Shown piece after piece: positions 1 to 7,842 of a DNA stretch of 20,144 bases (within the stretch, counting starts at the first letter, position 1; the number at the start of each line of letters is the position of its first letter). Below the pieces are notes generated by a model. It did no database searches. It worked only from the letters and a program-made list of their open reading frames with translations, and was not told where the DNA came from. The position numbers were made by a program, and so were the translations under genes. Source of the stretch: Lysobacterales bacterium (GTDB lineage: Bacteria > Pseudomonadota > Gammaproteobacteria > Xanthomonadales > SZUA-5); the NCBI GenBank assembly GCA_022844165.1, contig JALHMH010000056.1:1-20144 (forward strand), given 5' to 3'.

Positions 1-279
1 TCCCCCGGCGGACTGGCCAACACGCTAACCGTGGATGCGCTGGAATCGCGCCAATACGTTCGCAACGACTTGATTGCCTCGCTGCTTGGTCGCATCGGCG
101 TCCCTGAGCGCGAAGGACTGGGCGTGCGCAAGTATCTTGAGCGGCGCGGCGATGGTGTACCCATCATTCTCGAACGCAGCGAGGCCCTTGCAGGCACACG
201 ACCGGAGTATCAGTTGATCGACGACGCCGAGTTGAAGCTCACGATCTATGCCGCGGCACCTGAGAACATCGACGCATGA
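1..279 (+). CDS. 5'-truncated C-terminal part of an HATPase_c_4 (GHKL-like, often annotated 'RecG C-terminal') protein; paralogue of 1958..3190, probably an AlbA_2/Schlafen-HATPase protein
   Basis: Frame 1 is open from base 1: SPGGLANTLTVDALESRQYVRNDLIASLL...ERRGDGVPIILERSEALAGTRPEYQL...LTIYAAAP. It aligns by eye with the C-terminus of 1958..3190 (SPGGLPNTMT...RNELLVGLL...GVQQILDRSTALSGRTPLYQL...LTIYAAP). The stop TGA overlaps the mod ATG (ATGA 276-279). The N-terminal part is outside the window. Confidence 0.8.
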   Translation, partial: SPGGLANTLTVDALESRQYVRNDLIASLLGRIGVPEREGLGVRKYLERRGDGVPIILERSEALAGTRPEYQLIDDAELKLTIYAAAPENIDA

Positions 280-1961
280 GCACGCGCAATCGTCTCGAAC
301 TCACGTGGGTTGGCAAGGACCAGCGCCCGCGCCTGGAGCCCCGCATCCTGCTCGAAGACCCGGCGATGAGTTACCACGCGCCGGCACGTCGGGGCGACGC
401 CGATCAGTTCGACAATCTGTTGATCCATGGCGATAACCTGCTGGCACTGAAGGCGCTGGAAGCGGAATACGCCGGCAAGGTCAAGTGCATCTTCATCGAC
501 CCGCCCTACAACACTGGCAGCGCGTTCACGCACTATGACGATGGACTGGAGCATTCGCTGTGGTTGACGATGATGCGGGATCGGCTGCTGATCTTGCGTA
601 GTTTGTTGCGGGAGGACGGGTCTATCTGGATTACGATAGACGACAATGAAATGGCTTATCTTCGAGTACTCTTGGATGAGATCTTTGGCCGACAACAGTT
701 CATTGCCCAATGTGTGTGGCAAAAGGTTTACTCACCGAAAAGCTCAGCAAAGTTTATTTCGGATTCTCACGATTACGTCATTTGTTATGCAAAGGATGTT
801 GGTCAGTTTTCGATTAACCTCTTGCCGAGGGGCGAAAAACAAGATAAAGCCTACAAAAATCCCGACCGCGATCCGAGAGGCAAGTGGAAAGCTGGCGATC
901 TTTCCGCCAGGAATTACTACTCGGAAGGTCGCTACGCCATAGTAACTCCTTCCGGCAGGGTCATCGATGGGCCTCCGCAAGGAATGTATTGGCGTGTTTC
1001 CAAATCAAAGCTAGACGAGCTCAATCGAGACGGGAGGATTTGGTGGGGATCAAGCGGATCGAATGTACCCGCAATCAAGCGCTTTCTTACAGAAGTCAAA
1101 GATGGAATCGTTCCGCAAACATGGTGGACATACGACGAAGTAGGACATAACCAATCGTCAAAGCAGCATTTGAAGCGCATCTTGCCTGACGAATCTGAGT
1201 TGTTCATCACTCCAAAGCCAGAGGAACTGATTGCCAGGGTGCTTGTTCTCGCCACAGGAGTCGGCGACCTGGTCCTCGACTCCTTCTCTGGCTCTGGCAC
1301 CACTGGCGCGGTCGCCCACAAAATGGGCCGCCGCTGGATCATGGTGGAGCTTGGCGAGCACGCAAAGACGCATATCATCCCGCGGCTACGCAAAGTTATT
1401 GATGGCACCGATCCCGGCGGCGTCACCGAGACCTGCGGCTGGAAAGGTGGCGGCGGCTATCGCTTCATGCGTCTCGCGCCCTCGCTGATGCAGAGAAACG
1501 CCTTCGGCCACTGGGTCATCAGCCACGACTACAACGCCGAAATGCTCGCCGAAGCCGTGTGCAAGCACCTGGGCTTCCACTACCAGCCGCGCCCGGAGTT
1601 CTGGTGGATGATGGGAAGGTCCACCGAGCGCGATTTCATCTGCGTTACCACCGCTTCTCTGACCCACGAAGAACTCCGGGCCATCAGCGATGAAGTCGGC
1701 AGCGAACGCACTTTGCTGATCTGCTGCAAGGCCTTCATGGCACGCACCGACGCGTTCGAAAACCTGACCGTCCAGAAGATCCCACAGACCATCCTGCATC
1801 GCTGCGAATGGGGCCGCGATGACTATTCGTTGCGCGTGGCCGCATTGCCCGAAGCGCCAACCGAAAGCGCTCACGAACCCTCGCCTGCCGTCAGGACATC
1901 GTCTGCAAAGACCGACGTTGGCACTGGGGATCTCTTTGCCGCCAAGGAGAAGGACGCATGA
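276..1961 (+). CDS. mod: Type III restriction-modification methyltransferase (Mod, beta-class N6-adenine MTase)
   Basis: 561 aa. It has the N-terminal LELTWVGK and NLLIHGDNLLALKAL segments, catalytic motif IV IDPPYNTG, a central variable region, then TPKPEELI and SAM-binding motif I VLDSFSGSGTT (beta order). It shares an operon with a Res-like helicase-nuclease. Confidence 0.93.
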   Translation: MSTRNRLELTWVGKDQRPRLEPRILLEDPAMSYHAPARRGDADQFDNLLIHGDNLLALKALEAEYAGKVKCIFIDPPYNTGSAFTHYDDGLEHSLWLTMMRDRLLILRSLLREDGSIWITIDDNEMAYLRVLLDEIFGRQQFIAQCVWQKVYSPKSSAKFISDSHDYVICYAKDVGQFSINLLPRGEKQDKAYKNPDRDPRGKWKAGDLSARNYYSEGRYAIVTPSGRVIDGPPQGMYWRVSKSKLDELNRDGRIWWGSSGSNVPAIKRFLTEVKDGIVPQTWWTYDEVGHNQSSKQHLKRILPDESELFITPKPEELIARVLVLATGVGDLVLDSFSGSGTTGAVAHKMGRRWIMVELGEHAKTHIIPRLRKVIDGTDPGGVTETCGWKGGGGYRFMRLAPSLMQRNAFGHWVISHDYNAEMLAEAVCKHLGFHYQPRPEFWWMMGRSTERDFICVTTASLTHEELRAISDEVGSERTLLICCKAFMARTDAFENLTVQKIPQTILHRCEWGRDDYSLRVAALPEAPTESAHEPSPAVRTSSAKTDVGTGDLFAAKEKDA

Positions 1962-3190
1962 ACATCAGGGCGATCATTGAGCATGTTCTGCGCGGCGAAT
2001 CGACGTTGGTTGAGGCCAAGTTGGTATCGTTGGATGGCGATCGCCTGAGCCCACACCCGGAGAGCCTCGCACGCACACTTGCCGCGTTCGCCAACGCGCG
2101 AGGCGGTCAATTGGTGCTGGGTGTCGATAGCGAACGGCAAATAATCGACGGCATTAAGCGGGATCAGTTGCAGGGAATCTTGCAGAAACTTGACGGCATT
2201 CTCGTCGATACCATCAAGCCGCCGCTGTACTTTTCGGCAGTCGATCATGGGCAGGTCGTCGATTCCGATGGCGTCGAACACACGATCGTCGTCGTCGATG
2301 TGCCCAAGAGCCTGTTTGTTCACGAGGTCAAGGGCAAGACCGTGATTCGCGTCGGCACCTCAACCCGCGAACTCTCCGGCGATGCCCGCTCGCGTCTGGA
2401 AATGCAACGCAGCCACAGCAAGCTCCTGCACTTTGATGAGATGCCAATTCCCGGCTGTAAGCTGAGCGATCTTTCGCCAGCGCTGGTCGAGTCCTTGCTC
2501 ACCAGCGCCCGCGTCAGCGATCTGCGCGCGCTCCGTTTGGTATCCCAGGTTTTCGATCTTGTGCAGCCTGTGGTAGGCGCAGTGCTTCTGCTGACCGCTG
2601 AGCCCTTCCGCTGGCTGCGCGGCGCGTATATCCAGGCGGAGATTTTTCGTGGTCGGGACAAGGACCCGTCGCAGCAGGTTGATGCCCAACGCTTCGAAGG
2701 CCCGCTTGACCAGCAATTGATCGATTGCTGGAAGTTCTGCAAGCGCTATACGCGCGTGCGCATGATCAAGGATCCGGCGCGACTGGACATCCCAGAGTAC
2801 GATGAAGTGGCGTTGTTCGAAGCGATCGCGAACGCGGTGGTCCATCGCGACTATTCGATAACCGGCTCGCCGATCATGGTGTCGATGTACGACGACCGCA
2901 TCGAAATCGTCTCGCCCGGCGGCTTGCCAAATACGATGACCCTCGAATCGATGCGCACCTTGCCGATGCCGCGCAACGAATTGCTGGTGGGACTGTTGTC
3001 GCGCTACTACCGCACTCGGTTGTTGGGGGCAGAGAGGCATCTGGTTGAAGGACGCTTGTTCGGCGTGCAGCAGATTCTGGATCGCTCGACGGCGTTGTCC
3101 GGCCGCACGCCCCTTTACCAACTGCGGGACGAACCGCCGATGGTGGGTCTGACGATCTACGCTGCACCCGGCCCAGAGCGTGATCCGTGA
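1958..3190 (+). CDS. Schlafen/AlbA_2-domain protein fused to an HATPase_c_4 (GHKL-like) domain; putative nuclease effector or regulator
   Basis: 410 aa. AlbA_2 signatures GESTLVEAK and LAAFANARGGQLVLGVD are N-terminal; HATPase_c_4 signatures EAIANAVVHRDY and YDDRIEIVSPGGL are C-terminal. RBS AAGGAG at 1944-1949. ATGA overlap with mod and GTGA overlap with res. Confidence 0.85.
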   Translation: MNIRAIIEHVLRGESTLVEAKLVSLDGDRLSPHPESLARTLAAFANARGGQLVLGVDSERQIIDGIKRDQLQGILQKLDGILVDTIKPPLYFSAVDHGQVVDSDGVEHTIVVVDVPKSLFVHEVKGKTVIRVGTSTRELSGDARSRLEMQRSHSKLLHFDEMPIPGCKLSDLSPALVESLLTSARVSDLRALRLVSQVFDLVQPVVGAVLLLTAEPFRWLRGAYIQAEIFRGRDKDPSQQVDAQRFEGPLDQQLIDCWKFCKRYTRVRMIKDPARLDIPEYDEVALFEAIANAVVHRDYSITGSPIMVSMYDDRIEIVSPGGLPNTMTLESMRTLPMPRNELLVGLLSRYYRTRLLGAERHLVEGRLFGVQQILDRSTALSGRTPLYQLRDEPPMVGLTIYAAPGPERDP

Positions 3191-5955
3191 ACCCCGTTCG
3201 CGAAATCTCCCAGCGCTTGTCGCTACGCGCGCCGTTGGCCGAGTCGCTGGGCCTGCTGGCCGAGTTGGTTGAGTCCGGCGCTTTGCCGTTGAGCAAAGAC
3301 ATCGACATGGCCGCCGCACTGGCTGCAGTGCAAGCGCGCATTCCGAGTTTCACCAGCTTCGAGCGCGACTTTCCGTCCTTGTGTTTTGCGCTGGCGACGG
3401 GCGTGGGCAAGACTCGGCTGATGGCCGCCATCATTGCATGGCTCTATCGGACCGGCCGCAGTCGTCACTTCCTTGTTTTGGCGCCGAACCTGACGATCTA
3501 CGACAAGCTCAAGCGCGATTTCGATCAGGGAAGCGACAAGTATCTGTTTCGCGGGCTGCCGGACTTTTCAGTTCAACCGCCGCTATTGGTAACGGGGGAC
3601 GACTGGGATAGCGGCAAAGGTGTGCGCTTTGAGGACGCGCTCCCGATGACGGTGCCCGGCCAGCTTTTTGCGCAAAGCGCGCCCGTCATCAACGTCTTCA
3701 ACATCGCCAAGATCAACAGTCGTGGCGCCGGTGCGGACCGAAGCGCCCAGCCCCGACTGCGACGCCTGCAGGAGTGCATCGGCAAAAGCTACTTCGACTA
3801 TCTCGCCGCTCTGCCCGACCTTGTGGTCCTGATGGACGAGTCGCATCGCTACCGAGCAGACGCCGGCGCGCGCAGCATCGACGAGTTGAAGCCCGTCTTG
3901 GGCATCGAAATGACCGCAACCCCCAAGACCACCGGCGCAAAAGCCGTCTCGTTCAAGAACATCGCCTACAGCTTTCCCCTCGGCCGTGCCCTGGAGGCAG
4001 GATTCGTCAAGGAACCCACGGTTGCAACGCGCAAGGACTTCAACGCGCAAGGCGTACCACCCGATGAGTTGGAGCGCATCAAGCTGGAAGACGGTGTTCA
4101 TGTGCACGAGGCCACCAAGTTGGCGCTTGAGCAATACGCACAATCCGGGTTTGGGCCATTGGTCCATCCGTTCATGCTTGTCGTGGCCAGCGATACGACG
4201 CACGCCGCGTCCATCAAGCAGCGCATCGAAAACTTGGATTTCTTTGGCGGGCGCTACCGCGGCAAGGTGATCGAGATCCACTCAAAAACATCGGCGGCCG
4301 AGAGTGATGAAAACACGGCAAAACTGTTGCAGATCGAGCATGACCCGAGCACCGAAATTGTCATCCACGTCGACAAGCTCAAGGAAGGCTGGGACGTCTC
4401 GAACCTGTTCACCATCGTTCCGCTGCGAACCTCTGCGGCAGAAATTCTGACCGAACAGACCATCGGGCGCGGGCTTCGCTTGCCCTTTGGCACCCGAACC
4501 AATGACAAGATCATTGATCGGCTGACGATCATTGCTCACGACAAGTTCCGCGAGATCATCGACAAGGCCAACGATCCAAATTCGTTGATTCGCGCCACAG
4601 TCACCGTCGGCGCGGGCGGTGACATCGACACGCACGCGCCCACTCCCATCGCGTCGGTGCCGATCTATCAACGATTCTTGGGCGTGCCGGTGTCGCCCGT
4701 GGTCGGTGTTCAGGACTCTCTGCTTGTCACTACCGACAAGCCTGCGCGCTCAAGTTCGGCACCGGCGACACCAGCGGCACCAGCGGCACCGGCGGCACCA
4801 GCGATAAGCACACAACTTTTTGAAGCCGTGCTTGACTCGATTGATCTGGAGGGATTGCGAATCGACTCCGCCAGCGCGCTCTTGTCGGCTGGCCACATCG
4901 ACAACGTTGCGCGAATGGTCGCCGCGCGGATGACAATCCCGCAGGAATCAACGCCTGCCGAAAACCGGGAACAAATCGAGAGAGTCATCGAGGCAGTGGT
5001 CAGGAGCTCGATCGAGATTCCGACAATCACGCTGGTGCCATCAACTGGAAGGCACTTTCGATTCGTGCCCTTCGAACTTGCGGGACTGCAGCGCATCCAG
5101 CTTCAGCCCATCGATAACGAGATCCTGCTGCAAGAACTGCGAACCAAGGATCGCGCACTGCTGTCGACGGCGGGTAGCGCGCGCCGCGAGCCCATCCCGG
5201 AAAATTATCTGGTCGCGCTGTTGATGGAACGCGACGAGATCGACTATGACACCCACGCGGAACTGCTGCACAACCTGGCGGCCCAGGTGGTCGGCAGACT
5301 GAAGTCATACCTTCCGGATGAAGACGATATTCACAACGTCCTTCAACATCATCGAAGGAGTTTGGCCGACCTGATCTGGACGCAGATGAAGGCTCATGTG
5401 CACGAGGAGCCAATCGACTTCACCGCCAAGATCACACGCGGTTTCACCGTGCTGCGCTCTCGGCCGCTGAACAGCGTCGATGGCGTCGTGCACCCCTTTG
5501 GAGAGCAACTTACTGATCGAGCGCGCATTCGCTCCATGGTCTTCGGCAATTTCTCGAAGTGTTGCTTCAGTACACAAAAATTCGACTCCAAGGAAGGCGA
5601 GTACGAACTCGTCCGCGTTCTGGAGCGGGACGACGATGTCCTTAAATGGCTCAAGCCCGCAGTCGGACAGTTCGTCATTGAGTACGACCACGGCAAGCGT
5701 TACTTCCCGGATTTCGTCGTGGAGACAAGGACCGAGCGCCTGATCATCGAACTCAAGCGCGAGGATTGGAAGGAAGATCCCACGGTAGAAACCAAGGCTC
5801 GCGCCGCTGCGCGTTGGTGCCATTACGCGACCTTGGTCTGCGCCGAGACGGGCGGTAAGCCCTGGGCTTACCTTCTGATATCGCACCAGGGTTTTGGGCC
5901 GCAATCAACCTTCGCCGCCCTTCGGGCGCAGTATGGGCGTGACGTTCACTACTGA
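3187..5955 (+). CDS. res: Type III restriction endonuclease subunit (Res): SF2 helicase/ATPase with C-terminal PD-(D/E)xK nuclease
   Basis: 922 aa, GTG start. Walker A LATGVGKT, motif Ia LVLAPNLTI, Walker B LMDESH, motif III MTATP, LKEGWD, motif VI EQTIGRGLR, and nuclease motif YFPDFVVE...IIELK. Confidence 0.9.
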   Translation: MNPVREISQRLSLRAPLAESLGLLAELVESGALPLSKDIDMAAALAAVQARIPSFTSFERDFPSLCFALATGVGKTRLMAAIIAWLYRTGRSRHFLVLAPNLTIYDKLKRDFDQGSDKYLFRGLPDFSVQPPLLVTGDDWDSGKGVRFEDALPMTVPGQLFAQSAPVINVFNIAKINSRGAGADRSAQPRLRRLQECIGKSYFDYLAALPDLVVLMDESHRYRADAGARSIDELKPVLGIEMTATPKTTGAKAVSFKNIAYSFPLGRALEAGFVKEPTVATRKDFNAQGVPPDELERIKLEDGVHVHEATKLALEQYAQSGFGPLVHPFMLVVASDTTHAASIKQRIENLDFFGGRYRGKVIEIHSKTSAAESDENTAKLLQIEHDPSTEIVIHVDKLKEGWDVSNLFTIVPLRTSAAEILTEQTIGRGLRLPFGTRTNDKIIDRLTIIAHDKFREIIDKANDPNSLIRATVTVGAGGDIDTHAPTPIASVPIYQRFLGVPVSPVVGVQDSLLVTTDKPARSSSAPATPAAPAAPAAPAISTQLFEAVLDSIDLEGLRIDSASALLSAGHIDNVARMVAARMTIPQESTPAENREQIERVIEAVVRSSIEIPTITLVPSTGRHFRFVPFELAGLQRIQLQPIDNEILLQELRTKDRALLSTAGSARREPIPENYLVALLMERDEIDYDTHAELLHNLAAQVVGRLKSYLPDEDDIHNVLQHHRRSLADLIWTQMKAHVHEEPIDFTAKITRGFTVLRSRPLNSVDGVVHPFGEQLTDRARIRSMVFGNFSKCCFSTQKFDSKEGEYELVRVLERDDDVLKWLKPAVGQFVIEYDHGKRYFPDFVVETRTERLIIELKREDWKEDPTVETKARAAARWCHYATLVCAETGGKPWAYLLISHQGFGPQSTFAALRAQYGRDVHY
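4759..4803 (+). repeat. In-frame 9-bp tandem repeat, 5 copies of RCACCRGCG, encoding APA-TPA-APA-APA-APA in the Res linker
   Basis: Read directly: gcaccggcg acaccagcg gcaccagcg gcaccggcg gcaccagcg. Confidence 0.9.
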
Positions 5956-5978
5956 ATCAAGCAGGAGAAGCATCGCCA

Positions 5979-7766
5979 TCAAAACCAACCGTCGCGCATC
6001 GTCAGTGCGCTGTCGTCGCTGACGACGATCTTGCACCAATGCCACACCTGCGGCAGTTCGGTGGCGAAGAAGAAGCGGCAGGTGGCGAGTTTGCCGGCGG
6101 CAAAATCTGCGTCGATGTCTGCCCCGAGCGCGATGCGGGCTTGTTTGAGCCAGATCCATGCGATGCAGACATGCCCTAAAGCCTGCAAATAGAAACTTGC
6201 ATTCGCCAGTGCTGCACGCACATCGCCGGCTCCCATGCGCTGCGCGGCGTGCTGGCTGGCGCGCAGGATTTCATCGCGCGCCAGTCCCAGCTGGTCGGCA
6301 AGTTCCTTGAGCTCCTCGAGCGCACGCGCGGCGTCGATGTCGAGATTGATTTCGTCGATCAGCGCTCTGAGCGCGGCACCGTTTTGCATCGTCACTTTGC
6401 GGCCCAGCAGATCGAGCGCCTGGATACCGTTGGTGCCTTCGTGAATCGGGTTGATGCGGTTGTCGCGATAGTACTGCTCGACGGGATAGTCGCGGGTGTA
6501 GCCATAACCGCCGAGCACCTGGATCGCCATCTCGTTGGCCCGCAGGCTGTAGTCCGACGACCAGGCTTTGACGATCGGCGTCAGCAGCTCCAGTAGCAAT
6601 GCGCTGCGGTCGCGTTGCAGTGGATCGTGCATCTGGTCGACCAGCCGTGCGCTATACAACGCCAGCACATGCGCACCTTCGACGTAAGCGCGCTGCGCCA
6701 GCAACATGCGGCGCACATCGGCGTGTTCGATCAGTGCAATCGGCATTGTGGCCGGATCTTTCTGATCTGGATGCCGGCCCTGCCGACGCTCGCGTGCGTA
6801 GTCGAGCGAGTACAAGTAGCCGGCGATTCCCTGAGAGATCGCGCCAACGCCAACCCCGATGCGTTCCTCGTTCATCATGTGGAACATGTAGCCCAGGCCC
6901 TGGTGCGGCTGGCCCACAAGCTCTGCATAACAATCGCCGTTTTCGCCGAACTTGAGAAAGGTATTGACGCTGCCGCGCTGGCCCATCTTGTGATTCAAGC
7001 CGGCCAATTGCACGTCGTTGCGCGCCGCACGCGTGCCGTCCGGGTCGACGCGAAAACGCGGCACGATAAACAAACTGATGCCGCGCACGCCAAGCGGCGC
7101 ATCGACGATGCGCGCCAGCACCAGATGGATGATGTTTTCGCCGAGTTCGTGATCGCCCGCGCTGATCCACATTTTCGCGCCGCTGAGGCGATAGCTGCCG
7201 TCGGCCTGCAATTCGGCGCGGCAGCGGATATCGGCCAACGACGAGCCGGCTTGCGGCTCCGATAAACACATCGTGCCGAAAAAGCGGCCATCGATGATCG
7301 GCTGCGCGTAACGTTCGATCTGCGTTGGCGTGCCGTAGCTGAGCAGCAGGTTCGCCACGCCGCGCGCAAGGCTTGGGTAGGCCACGGTGCCGGCATTGGC
7401 GGCGGCGAACAGGGTGTCGCACGCGGTGGTGACCATGAACGGCATCTGCATACCGCCGCGTTGCGCGTCGATCGAAGCGGCGGTGAAACCGGCCTCATTG
7501 TAGGCCGCTACCGCATCGCCGATCTCGGGAATCAACGCGACCTTGCCATCGACGAATAGCGGTTCGTTCAAGTCCGACTTGCGGTTGTGCGGCGCGAATT
7601 TTTCGAGTGCGATGCGTTGTGCTAAATCGAGCGCCGCATCGAAGGTATCGCGGCTGTGCATCGAAAAATGCGGCAACGCCGTGAGCCCTTCGGCATCGAG
7701 CACGTCATACAACGCAAAACGCAAATGGCGGGCATCGTTGATGCGGACGGAAACACTGCTGGTCAT
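5979..7766 (-). CDS. Acyl-CoA dehydrogenase (long, about 595 aa type)
   Basis: Motifs GTMCLSEPQAGSSL, GAKMWISAG, RGISLFIVP, HKMGQRG, AIQVLGGYGY and RINPIHEGTNGIQALDL. Start placed at ATG 7766 (MTSSVSV); the upstream ATG at 7799 is also possible. Confidence 0.92.
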   Translation of the reverse strand: MTSSVSVRINDARHLRFALYDVLDAEGLTALPHFSMHSRDTFDAALDLAQRIALEKFAPHNRKSDLNEPLFVDGKVALIPEIGDAVAAYNEAGFTAASIDAQRGGMQMPFMVTTACDTLFAAANAGTVAYPSLARGVANLLLSYGTPTQIERYAQPIIDGRFFGTMCLSEPQAGSSLADIRCRAELQADGSYRLSGAKMWISAGDHELGENIIHLVLARIVDAPLGVRGISLFIVPRFRVDPDGTRAARNDVQLAGLNHKMGQRGSVNTFLKFGENGDCYAELVGQPHQGLGYMFHMMNEERIGVGVGAISQGIAGYLYSLDYARERRQGRHPDQKDPATMPIALIEHADVRRMLLAQRAYVEGAHVLALYSARLVDQMHDPLQRDRSALLLELLTPIVKAWSSDYSLRANEMAIQVLGGYGYTRDYPVEQYYRDNRINPIHEGTNGIQALDLLGRKVTMQNGAALRALIDEINLDIDAARALEELKELADQLGLARDEILRASQHAAQRMGAGDVRAALANASFYLQALGHVCIAWIWLKQARIALGADIDADFAAGKLATCRFFFATELPQVWHWCKIVVSDDSALTMRDGWF

Positions 7767-7842
7767 GGCGATCGGACTGAAGTGGCAAACCCCGATCATC
7801 GCTGGGCACGGCGTACGAACGCCAGGGGTTTTCGTGATGCGA

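Noticed and set aside
31-279. 82-aa ORF as a complete small gene
   Set aside because: The frame is open from base 1 and the conserved SPGGL motif lies upstream of the GTG, so this is the tail of a longer gene.
276-700. Phase-variable mod (phasevarion)
   Set aside because: No simple-sequence repeat or long homopolymer tract was seen in mod, and the frame is intact.
2360-3319. 319-aa antisense ORF and other minus-strand ORFs over the R-M operon
   Set aside because: They have no recognisable motifs and are shadow frames of well-supported genes in high-GC DNA.
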